From Aplysia californica (Eukaryota): DNA of 64,000 nucleotides. Location of the stretch: the NCBI RefSeq assembly GCF_000002075.1, contig NW_004797305.1:1749575-1813574 (forward strand), written 5' to 3'. Positions within the stretch are counted from its first letter, which is position 1; the number at the start of each line of letters is the position of its first letter. Of the stretch, positions 38,501-49,907 are shown one piece after another. The notes beneath the pieces are model-generated. The model made no database searches and was not told where the DNA came from. It saw only the letters and a list, made by a program, of their open reading frames with translations. The position numbers were made by a program, and so were the translations under genes.

Positions 38501-41500
38501 TGCACCATCAAGTTTTTTTACAGACATTCACTTTAACTTTTGGTTTTGATTCAACAAAACTCATATATTGGTTACTTTGATTGCAATGAGCTTTCCAACA
38601 ATGTATTCCATGACCTTTTATTAGCTATTCGCGTCTTGCATCTGTTCTTGCAACTTTTGCTAATTTTTCTTTCAATTTTTTTCAACTTTTGCTATCTTCA
38701 AATGCAACTCTCTCCGGGGACAGAATAGTATGTTGAGCTTAATTTCCCCCTGAAAATCCCACAAAGACTCTGTATTTGTTATGTTTTTGTTTAACCCTTT
38801 TCCTATGGGCTTTCGTAGCTTAGAGGTTAAGGTGTTGGCCTCTCATTCAAAGGTCCCGGGTTCGAATCCGGGTAGCGACTGAAAAATTTTCTTCGCTAAA
38901 ATTGTCTCCTTTCACCTCCTTTCCTGCTCTCTAGCAATGTTCTGTCGTCTGTTTTCGTCTCCTCTTTCTGCCCCCATCCCCCTCACCTCCTTTGCCCCCT
39001 CCTCTGGGTTCCTGACTCTTTCTGCAGCCTTTCTACTGCAACTCCTTGGCTCCTTCTTACTGCTGTCTTTCCTCCAAACCCCTGATCTTCTGGTAGGAAA
39101 GATCTACACTTAGCCTTCTCGGACAAGGGCGAAAAATCTCTGAGAGCCCGTGTGCAAGTTGTGCACGTTAAAGATCCTTTGGTGGTCTAAAATCAATAAG
39201 AGTAAGCTTCGGCCGCCACCCGCGCAAAATTCAAAATTTTCTACCAACTGAAAAAGTTTAATGTGTCCCATGCGCTCATATGACCTTATGCAGTTGCGTA
39301 AAACACTTGCCCAAAAAACCCACCCCTTTTCCTCTAAGTGGCTAGTGAGCCAATCCTATTTTGCAGAGTGCACCTTCTGATGAAAATGCAATCATTTACT
39401 TCCCAATAAACACTGAAAAGGACTCACTACACTCAAATTGCAAACAGTATTCTGTAAATAGATGTTAAATTTTCTAAAATGGGGTTGGGAGGGTGTCAAT
39501 TAATTGGTTTGTGGATAGTTTGGTTGAGTGTTGTTTTCAACCATGCATTGTTTCAATTTGTGGGTGTGTGGTAACAAATTTTGAAGCTCAACTGATTGCA
39601 CAAAAACAGCAATAATTTTTAGGATATTTACTTTTTTACTGGTAAAAAGTGACATGTACATTCAAAATTCAATGCAGATTGAATAAGTGACATATAAAAA
39701 ACAGTTCCTTTGTAATGTATATTTTTACTAAGTTGATGGTTCTAAAATTTAATGGGGTTTCTAAATATATTTTTCTTATTCATCATTCATGTGTCCCCCC
39801 CCCCCCCCCTTTTTTTTTTTACTTCACAGGCATTCTTCACGGAGATTTCCATGGGTACAATCTAATTGTTGAGCACTCCTTTAACAGTCAGATGAGACGT
39901 TGTAGTTTGAAGTCTAATATTTTAAAAGAATTCAAGGCATTAAAGGAAGAACTTCGTATAAAAAATAACCCCAGCTCACTACCATCTTTTGCCTCCATTC
40001 TGCAACAGAAATGTAACAGACCTAGCTTTGAGGAAATTCTTGAAACTTATGGCATCATAGACTATGGGGAAGTTTCCTTTTCTTTCATTGTGTTAGAGGT
40101 TGGCCGACTTATTGTTGACCTGATGACTATTGTTTTATCAAAGCCTCCAAAGGAGGAGGGTGTTGATGTTTGCAAGTACCCAGTTTACTTTGAAAGTGAT
40201 GTCAGTGAACAGCTTCACAGGGAAGTTTGTGTCAGGGAACCCTCCAAAAATGAACATATTCCTATCTCCGAAAACAGCATCACCAATTGTACCAAGGATT
40301 CCGTACAAAGTTGTGAAGCCAGGACTAAAATTCCTAAAGGAGAATCTGCAAAACAAACAAAATTGATGAAAACAGACAAAGAGAGTAGAACAGAACACTT
40401 TCTCCGTGATGTTGTTGGCCTCGGAGGGGTGGCTCTCAGTGGCTACTTGCTGACTAACACTCTCACAGATGTGGACATTTCAATCTTGAAGGCTTCTGTG
40501 ATGAGCTCTCTTATTCAGTATTATATTTTAGGTGAGAATTTTTAGTGGTAATAGAGGTTAAAACATTTGGGAAATATTAGTTATCTGGGGTCTGAAAGAT
40601 ATCTTTATATAATTATCTCATGACTTGCAAAGGAATATTTTAGGATATTTCTCCAGTAAACACTTACCTGTTCATATACACATACAGTGGAGTCCACTTG
40701 AACCAAACACATTTAATCTGAAAATACCAGTAAACAGAAGACCACTAATAGAATCCGAGGTTGTGTCCTTCATTATTTGAGCAATATCTCTAAACTCAAA
40801 ACATGGCGAAATTTTAAAAAAATCTGTTGGTCCTACCTATTTCAATTTATATGTACTTTACTGTATATTTAAAAACAAAATTCTCACTTTTTAAAAATAA
40901 CTTCAATACAGGAAATAAGACAATGCTGGGAGAGGATTCTCTAATGCAGATTGAATGGAAGATATCCTGCTTCCAGTGTTGCGTGCATGAAAATACAAAA
41001 TGTTATGAAGAAAATGTTTTTCAAACATTTGTTCATATACATAGTGAATCCTGTTATAACTAGAGGGAGGGGACTGGTGTAAAATATCCGTTATAGCGGG
41101 ATTCTCCTTATAAGGGATCCTGCAATAAATTTAAGGGAAATATTAAAGTAGCCTAACCTAAGAGTTTGGTGTTCTATTTATTTCCTTTTGTTATCTCGCT
41201 GATGATGATTTTGTTCAACATGACCTCTAGGTCGTACTTGATCAAAAATAGAATCAGGTTTCTTTCTCTAGGGCTATCGATGTTGAAAGCTCGACATTGG
41301 CGATCAGAAAGAAAGGGCTCTAGGCTAACTCGCCCGCTGTGTTGTCCCCCACCCCACCACGCCCTGTGGTGCGTTCCGTCTGCTCACGCACATTGGGTAC
41401 TCACCACACCCTTCCCACGTCACACATTCGCTCCATCCATCACAGCACTGTGACCTCTCCATCCCCACTTCGTAAAAGTGAGAGGCATGGTAGGCTTAAA

Positions 41501-42745
41501 TAATTTAGACTGGGCTGACCTATCACGCGATGCGTACTGCTTGTCTGTGTATGCCACACCCTCCCCACTCATTCGCTCCGACCTTCATTGTTGGCGCCAG
41601 TGAGCTCTCCCATTCTTTGTTTCACTAGATCACCTTGTTTCTCAACTGGCAGGGTTTTACATATATGTATAATTGGCCTACACACTGTGCACAGTAGCAG
41701 CGATATTCCGCTATAACCGACTCGCGTGTTTGTCTGATTGCGCTATAGCAGTACTTTATTTACAAAGCTAAAGAAGCGAAAAAAGGGGTTTTAGAATAGT
41801 GTCTTCATAACAGACTTCTCGTCATTTCAGGACTCGTTATAAGTGGACTCTACTGTATCATGTTCATAGACACCTTACTGGCTGAAATATAATCTACTGC
41901 ACATGTGAAAGGCTGCTTATCGATGGTGTTGCAAGCAGTTCACTTAGTCTGTTTGGGACAAAAAAATTGTTTTTGTTGTTTTGCTCCTATCAGGAATCAT
42001 GAAAAGCAAGAGAATTGTAAGCCTTGATCATAGCATTAAACTGCATTTTGATGATGTTGTCATATGCTTCTTTGATGAAGCTTTAGAAAGATGGAAAAAT
42101 CGAGAATTCTCAAAATTTGAAATTACGTGGATTGCTTGCGACAGAGACAATATAATATATATTTGTTTATTTTTAAGAAGTTCTTTATGTTTGTTTTTAT
42201 TTAGATTTTTAAAATTTTGTTATTTGTGTAGTCACAGTCAAAAAGTTTTGTCTTGCAAAATCCCTCAGACTGAAATTGCTTTTTAGGGTAAGCTGTGTAA
42301 TTTACCAATTAGTCTGAACCTTTTATGATTGTTGAATGAAGTATTTTCCAGAACCTTCAGGAGGAATGATATTATATAAAACATTTTTATAAATTTCCAG
42401 TAGGCTTAGTGTGAGGCAGTATAAAAAAACTTAATAAAAATTGCAAAAAGGTGGAAAAATGTTGGTTACTTCAATTTCATATTATTTATTTTGACAAACT
42501 CCTAATTTCATCAAAATGACACACAATTTTTATCCCTTATTCTCTTTACCTTGGAGACTAATAATACTTATATATTGTTTTTTGTTTTCATAGGCACCAA
42601 GGCCATGGCTGAGCAACCAGAAAACAGTCAGTATGTAGGCTTGGGTGCAGCCGAGGCAGAGAGACTTTTGTGGGTGATAGATTCTATGAGTCAAAATGAG
42701 CTGCATCAAGCCTGGATAGAAAGTGCAATCATATTTTTAACTTGA
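33047..42745 (+). CDS. Hydroxylysine kinase-like / aminoglycoside phosphotransferase (APH/ChoK) family protein, about 491 aa. Exons 33047-33338, 34060-34205, 36741-36839, 37625-37709, 39830-40531, 42594-42745
   Basis: Six exons join in frame. N-lobe LLSYVDINWLV...YVCKI (cf. LPSYDDQNF...YVLKI of HYKK), SFIPG, ELGMLLGHFHHTLK, LSKGILHGDFHGYNLIV (Brenner motif), GIIDYGE, C-terminal EQPENSQYV. In-frame TGA at 33002 supports ATG 33047 as the start. Orthology to HYKK itself is uncertain. Confidence 0.85.
34260..34468. mobile_element. piggyBac-like MITE
   Basis: TTAA-CCCTGTCCGTAC ... GTACGGATAGGG-TTCA; same family as 53461-53703. Confidence 0.7.
35364..35876. mobile_element. Tc1/mariner (Tigger-like) MITE
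   Basis: TA-CAGTGGAAACC ... GGTTTCCACTG-TA. Confidence 0.75.
38807..39320 (+). mobile_element. tRNA-derived SINE, family A, full length
   Basis: A box TAGCTTAGAGG, B box GGTTCGAATCC, conserved tail, flanked by an approximate TSD CCCTTTTCCTAT / CCCTTTTCCTCT. Confidence 0.88.
41041..41856. mobile_element. Degenerate Tigger-like MITE
   Basis: AGTGAATCCTGTTATAAC ... GTTATAAGTGGACTCTACTG-TA, with subterminal GTTATA repeats. Confidence 0.55.
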
Positions 42746-42991
42746 TAATGGATAACTGTTGAAATGTTAAAAAATTTTGTGTGTGTGGTAACTGAACGGC
42801 AGGGAAATTGAGCACTTGATAAAATCCTGAAGTGGCGCGGAGCATCGCTCCAACTGGCTCAAAATGTTGGTCAAATAGCCTCCCCCCCAACTAGTACCTT
42901 TGCCTTCCTTGCTGTTAAACCTGTTTCTGTACAATCAGTGCCTGATGCATGAAACTGGCTTACTAAGGGTCTGAGGTAGCTGATGGTAAGA

Positions 42992-43244
42992 ATATTCTGT
43001 TTGATGCAAAGTGTATTGTGCAAGATAATGAATACCGATACTCAAACACAGGGAGTCAGTTTCCTCTCATTGAGTCTGAGGTATCGTTATATATACTTAT
43101 ATACAAAACATATACATGTATGAACTATAATAAGCAATATCAGATTCAACGATACCTCAGACTCAATGAGAGGAAACTGACTCCCTGTGTTTGAGTATCG
43201 GTATTCATTATCTTGCACAATACATTTTGCATCAAACAGAATAT
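42992..43244. repeat. Long inverted repeat (97-bp arms, 59-bp AT-rich spacer)
   Basis: 42992-43088 is the reverse complement of 43148-43244, with one mismatch seen. Confidence 0.95.
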
Positions 43245-45651
43245 ATATATATACATATATATATATATGTTTGCGTGTATGTACATGTAAAGGAGGGAGA
43301 TGGACTGTTTTTGTTAGACCTAAAGAAGTGTTTTAAGACCTAGTTATTATTGTAGAGGGTTGTGCAGGCCAAGGTACCTAGCTTGATTTAAAAAGGATAC
43401 ATTTTGGTGGGAAGGCCAGGATATAGCTTGAGATATTCTTGACACCTTATTTGAGAGGAATAAACTGTTTTGTATAACATGTATGACAAGTGTGAATGAA
43501 AATATTAGTGCAGAGGTTTCTTTTATCCTTCTAGATCTAATTAACTTTCTGACTCGGTTTTTCCAATTTTCAGATTACTTTTGTGATTACTGTGCATCAC
43601 ATGTACTTGCATGTATGTATATGAATAAATTCTACATCTGTATACATACCTGCATTTTTGTGAATTCATTTCAGTGGGGCAGGTGTTTGAATGTATTAGA
43701 TAGGTTCTTAGAATAAAATGATGGTTCTTTAGCTGGGGTTGATGCTTGAAAACCAAGGTCTCAATGGGTGATTATAACTCCTAGGCCTTTGTGATAAGAA
43801 GCTCTCTCTTACTTTCATAGGTCCTCCATGAAATACTAATAGCCCTGGTGGGTGGCTGGGGGATGCTCTGGTGTTTGCTCCTTCTTTTGTATCAAACGCC
43901 TATCAGCCTATCATCCTTATCTCTCCTCCCATTCTTTTTATGTTACCCTCAATCTCTTTTTATTTAAATCGAACATCAATCATCCTTATCTACCCTCCCT
44001 CTTTTCCGGTATGTTACTCTCTAGCAACACCTCTAATCTTTGGTACTTTTTTATTTCATTCATTTGCTGAAAATACTGTATAATTCTTACTAAAACTAAC
44101 CTTAAGCTAACAGCCCTGGCTTAATTTAGAGACTTAGAGAGGCACTCTACATTGATATTTTAAAGCCCCTGTAGCACTTTGTAAATGGCTGTATTGTGTG
44201 ACACCAACTTTTGAAGACAGTGGAAAGCTGATGAAAAAAGTCACAACGAAGCTTGGGCCCCCAAAGAGACTTGGATCCTCACATGTGTCCTTTGTTTTAG
44301 CTGTAGATTGAAACTGCCAGTCCTGCTAAAATCTCGTCAGCCATACACAAACCTGCTCCTGGATTTACCATGAATTAATTAACATCATCCTTCTGTCCAC
44401 TAGACAGAGGCCTTCTTTCTGCATTATTGAAAAAGATGCCTTCCTTTTGTATCTCATCGTCTTGCTTCTCCTCTCCTCTTTCCAATTCAGTGTACATGCA
44501 ATCCCTTAAAATATAGCTGGAAGTTCATACTGTTGAAATTGTTCAAGGTGGCCACCCAATGTTGAGGAGACAAGGTTGTTATCTTAGACAGGTGGATGTC
44601 TAGGTCAGTTTCATTATAATATTATGTTTATTTAAAGCGAAAGGGGGAAAAGTTGGAAGTGGTCGTTTTTACAGGTGATTGTCTTGGAGAGGTGGCCATT
44701 TGAGCAGGTTCAACTGTATTTGGAAAGAAGCTACCAAGATGAATCAGTACCACTTGAACCTTTTATTTTTAATTTTTCTACACTCTTTTATATCTACAAT
44801 ATAGGCTACAGGTGTAGACATGTAAAAAATTATGTTGTTTTGTGGTTTGGCTTATTGTTTCCGTCATGATTTCTGCCCTAATCTGAACTCTTTGATTCCT
44901 GATCTCCACTTAAGTGGTGTTTTTGTTTCTGGGTTTTCAAAAGATCGCCAATTAAGTGGCGTTTTGGGGGTACCGATTTCATCAACCCCAAGATCTTCAC
45001 CTGGTCCTGTGCTACACTTACTATGTGTACTAATTTTTCTCAGTGATTGTCTGACCAGTTACGAATAGTTTGAGTGCTCACACAGAAGTATCAATGTTTG
45101 ACTGAATTATAACCGTTTTAGGCAACACTTTTCGCAGCCTCAAATTGAGAGCATAAAATTGTGGAACCCCTTGCATGCATGTGTACAGAAAGAGTTAAGA
45201 AAAAAAAACCAAAACAGGGAAGCACTTTCCAAAAAGTGTAAGGGAGGTGCAACAGTACACAGAAAAGGGGATAATTTTGTTGTATAAAGTATAAAAAAGT
45301 ACATATGATAAAACGTTTTACATTCAATAGCACATGTTTCAGTTAATTTAAACAGTTTCGAAACACATGTTATTACATATAATGTATAATTTTAGAGTAC
45401 TTTTTTGTTCTCATCTGTAGACTGACTGTGTTTGTCCGTGGCCTATACCGTGGGGCAGGGTGAGAAAGGCAATGATAATGATGATGATGTAGACTGACTA
45501 AGTGTAGTAGAAGTTGGAGCACAGAAAACGTTGTACTACATATTATCTGTGTCGTGTTGACTTCTGCAAGGGTGAAAATGGATCAGATTCTTCTTGCAAA
45601 TTTGCTGTGACATGTATACGGGGTTTTTTTTTGGTTTTTGTTATTGTTTTA

Positions 45652-46010
45652 GTAGAGTTTTTTACCGCATAAGGTCATATGAGCGCCAAGGAGTGGATGT
45701 CAGCAGGGAATCAGGCTTACTCTGCTCACCTCTCTAGCCTCAACATGACAGCACAAAGTCTGCTTCGACTATCAATTAGGTACCGCGGAAATAGCGGGTC
45801 ACAAGAGAGTGACAAACAATTCAAACATACAAAATAAGTAGAGGAAAAGGGCGATAGTAAGGAACATGCAGTTCAGACACAGTTATGAGCATGACATTGA
45901 TGAATCAGCCCATATTTCCAATTTTACTGAGCATAGAACATATTAATCATTTAATGTCCCCCTTTGAGAATGGCGTAAAGACACGTCTGTCAGTAGCACC
46001 ATCCCAGGGG
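45652..46010 (-). mobile_element. Retroposon family B
   Basis: Reverse-complement match to the other family B copies, with internal deletions. Confidence 0.65.
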
Positions 46011-46310
46011 GTATGTATACGTTTTGAAACTCAACTCTCCTTTTCAAACCTTCAGTTACTTCAAATACAGCAGGCCTACTATTACAATGTCTTTACGTCC
46101 ACCTGCCATTCTACGTATCCGTTTCTATCTGTCATACATTGTTGTAGGCTACTAGATCTACTGCAGTTGTCAGTAGACTTATTAAAAGTCGCAAAAACTT
46201 CCTGGAAAAAAGCAACAACACATTAGATTCAGCATTGATCAAATCATGGGCCTCTGAAAGAGTGCTAATAACCATACTATCATCATACCGCCCCTTCTCC
46301 TCCTTCAATT

Positions 46311-46311
<1 letters not shown>

Positions 46312-46350
<39 letters not shown>

Positions 46351-46375
46351 CCACACACACACACGCGCACACACA
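46312..46375. repeat. (CA)n microsatellite
   Basis: Read directly from the sequence. Confidence 0.9.
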
Positions 46376-47032
46376 AACGGAAAAATGAATACTTTCGTAT
46401 AAGAAGAAAGAGAGGCTGGGACTGGGATAACTTTCATCTTTACACTTGAATCTACAATTAAATTATTATTTACTATTTTTTTACAAAATAGCGAATGATG
46501 CGAAATGGCCCATCTGATTCTTTCAGTTGCCACATTGCCAGGATGAACGATGCTTTTTACCATATTATAATCTAAGGGCCGAAGATTAGAGGTGTTTAAT
46601 CAACTAGAAAGTAACAAATAAAGCAAAGAAGGAGTAGAGATAAGGACGAAAGATGCTTGATACGAAAGAACAAGCAATCCCAAAGACCTTACAATGCAAC
46701 ATAACCTCCTTGCTGCTTTCACACTGTTTGAGTATCGGCTGCAGTTGGCATGTGCCAGTGTGAATTACCTGGAAGAACAAGCGCTGCGGAATAAAAGAAA
46801 CCGAAACTAGGCCTAATAGCAGTTGACATCAGTCATGGTGTGTGTAAATGCTGAGTAAGAGTGTATGCACGCTGGCCACTGCGTTTTAAATGTTGAAGTC
46901 AAGGGCTAGAATCTAGATCTACCGTGAGTTGGGAGCTCAAACGGCTGTAATTAATTGGCAGTATGTATCTACTCTCAACAGTAGTATTGTCAACAGCACC
47001 ACCGACCAGTCCTGATTACTGATAGAAAAATT

Positions 47033-47861
47033 GGTAAGATTGTACTTTACCGGACCACCGGTCGGAACTACTTTCGCTGTGGCGCCCCTGGTGCCTAGTG
47101 GTCCGCTGTTCTTCGTTTCCGAGCTCCCCTACTCACTCTCCTACTCAGTTTTCTACGTCCTCACTCTTCAACTGCCAGCAATCGACTGCCGTCTCTTACC
47201 GGGTTTTTCAGTCATCACGACCGTGCCACTGTGCCCTTTGACCCATGACCCTGACACCTTGAGGCTAATTGGTCAATCTAATCACGTGGTCCACTATTCT
47301 TATTTGCTCGCGACTCTGCTGGCTTGGCCTAGGCCCTAGGCCTACTCCTGGTCCGGCAAAGTACAATGGAGGGCTAGAGATGCGCACGAGAGCTCATTTG
47401 CATAATTGCAACCCCATTGGCCCTGCTCGCGACTTATCATGCTATTGTTTATATGTGTGTGTGTGAGTGTCTTTAAATTATTGTTACCAGGGGGGGCTAG
47501 CCCCCCTGAAACCCCCCCATTGATATGTAAACACGACTGTCTGCTCATGTTATTGTTTCACATTTTTGTGTGTTTTCTTTGTTATAGTTTCCAGGGGGGC
47601 AAGCCCCCCTGAACCCCCCCACCCCACTGTTGGTATGATACACAGTGGTCCACCAAAGTTAAATCCCCTGCCCACTCTCAACCACCACCACCTCTCGCTC
47701 ACCTCGCCTCGCCAGTCACCGCTGACTTCGCTGTGCGTGCGCGAAGTCGCCCGCGGAACTACCTTTTGTCCGCACGCAGAGTACTATGAGTGCGTAGTTA
47801 GGCTAGGCGTGCGTAGTAATCACGGGCCGAGACGGGTGGTCCGGTAAAGTACAATCCAGCC
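47033..47861. mobile_element. MITE with GG...CC termini and 8-bp TSD (Merlin-like)
   Basis: TSD GAAAAATT at 47025-47032 and 47862-47869; 22-bp perfect inverted repeat GATTGTACTTTACCGGACCACC just inside the ends. Confidence 0.85.
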
Positions 47862-48045
47862 GAAAAATTATTATGACGATGTTATGTTATATTTGATATT
47901 GTTGATTAAAAAATAATAGAGGGGGCTCGGTCAAGTTGGCTAGTTGTAGGTAGGCCTTCAGTACAGTAGCCTACAGTAGTACAGTGGAACTCAGATTCAA
48001 CGAGGTCAATGGGCCTGGGCTAAAATCTTGTTGAAATATTATTAT

Positions 48046-48530
48046 GGCCACCTCTATTCTCACCCGGAGTGAGAATAGTGCAGGCGAGTCTTGTGGCTAT
48101 TCTCACCCGGTGCGCGTTCACCAAATTTTGCGTTCACCCTAAACCATAGAATTCTACACTGTGAGGAAAAATTGTAGAATTCTGTGCCGTGAACAAACGT
48201 TCCATTACAACTGTAGCCTACTAAAAGCGTACAATTTTGTCTGTGGGCAGTGGAGAGAGAAAGAGAGAGAGGAGTAGCGCGAGAATTTCCGGGCAAAACA
48301 AAATGGCGACCCGCGTAGTTCGGCTCGATTCGAAAAGTTAAATAGCCGTAGCATCTTTGTAGACAACCAAATTAATTTACTTTTGTGTTTTAACATCATT
48401 TTTTAACTTTGTTTTGGTCAATTTGATCGTCCGCACCGATAGACAGTATTCAGAAAGAGACAGAGAGAGAAAGAAGAGGGGAGGAGTTGATCTTGCGAGA
48501 ACTTCCGGGCGGGTGAGAATAGCCACTTTC
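48046..48530. mobile_element. Second copy of the Mutator-like element, inverted relative to 7777-8273
   Basis: Reverse complement of 7777-8273 with few differences; nested in a Tc1/pogo-like MITE; TSD not clean. Confidence 0.85.
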
Positions 48531-48648
48531 ATGAGATTATTATAAGCCTATTATAACTATAAGTATAGTATAGCAAACATGATGTTTTGTGTAGATATTT
48601 ACAGGCTCTGAGCAAGTAATACTGTATAAAGAGAAGTCACAAGTAATG

Positions 48649-48906
48649 GGCGCTTTTTCGGTAGTTCCCACGCCGCAATTGTTATTCACGGGTTTAGGCC
48701 CCAAGAGTAGGGGGGTTTCAGGGGGGCTTGCCCCCCTGACCTAATATAAATAAGGTTGGGGGTTTCAGGGGGGCATGGAATTTTACCACAATTTAATGTT
48801 TTGCAGTTGTTAGGTTTGATATCATAGCTCGCTGCGAATCAAACGTATACATCTAGATGTAGGTCTGGCTCAAATAAGGGGGGGTGGGAACTACCGAAAA
48901 AGCACC
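48649..48906. mobile_element. MITE with GG...CC termini and 8-bp TSD (Merlin-like)
   Basis: TSD AAGTAATG at 48641-48648 and 48907-48914; TIR GGCGCTTTTTCGGTAGTTCCCAC / GTGGGAACTACCGAAAAAGCACC. Confidence 0.85.
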
Positions 48907-49110
48907 AAGTAATGCCTGCATATTATGAGCTCTATTAAAAAAAAGACAGATTCGTTCAAAGGCTCGCCTGTGTCATCTCGATCGTTTACCAAAAAGTTGT
49001 GTTGCTGTGTAGAGCCTAGAATCTAGCACGGCAACTTTGGACTCCATAGAGACCAGCGCACAATTCATTACATAGAGATACGTCAAGACTAGGTTATTAT
49101 CATTGTAATA

Positions 49111-49907
49111 CAGTATTATAACTCCTATAGTGGGACTTTTGGTTCCAGACGAAAAATCCTGCTGTAGGCGAGTTCCCGCTATAGGAATGGAAAGGGGAAA
49201 TTACAGAAAAAAATTCATAAAATCCTCATGATTACCCCCCTTCCATATCAATAGAATTTGCGCTTTAGATTAGTCTTCCTTTTCTTGTCAACTTCGTTTA
49301 TTATCTCGGCCTTCAATTCTCGTGAGAAGCGCATTTCTTTTTGTGTTTGTTGGAAGCCGTCTTTTCCTCGGTCTTGTAGCTTTTGTGCTGTCTGTCGTAC
49401 CGTTAGACCTACTGTAGATCTGGTGAAGTGGATGCGTGTGTATGCCTGAGTGTGAGCATCAACTATTGCAATTCAATGAATTTCAATTAGGAATCTCGCT
49501 CGACACGCTCTCCTCTTCTTTTACTTTTTGTCCAAGCCTATGCCTAGGGCTATGATCTATACGCTCTCATACCATACTGAGAGTCTAAGCTACGGCACAT
49601 CACTTTTGGAGTGGCTCACGTAAAGCGTCTCTCCGCATCATCCCTCTCTACCGCCTGCCCCACCTCACTCATCGTTGGACTGGCCTATCACGCCGCCGCT
49701 CCGCTGACTGTCTGTTGGAGCCGGCCTACAGCCCCCAACCCCCTTCCCCCCAGCTAGAACTCGCTCAGTCTCTCCCACTGTATCCGAGGTTGAGCCTTTC
49801 CTTGCCCCGCTAAACGCAAGCATAGGTAAATGAGTTTACATTTTTTTAAAAGGGGAATCCCGGTAAGGTCCTGCTGTAACAGGTACTGCTATAGTCATAT
49901 TCTACTG
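49111..49907. mobile_element. Tc1/mariner (Tigger-like) MITE nested at a TA site
   Basis: TA-CAGTA...TACTG-TA; interrupts the host MITE at a site that is empty in the copy near 11550. Confidence 0.75.
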
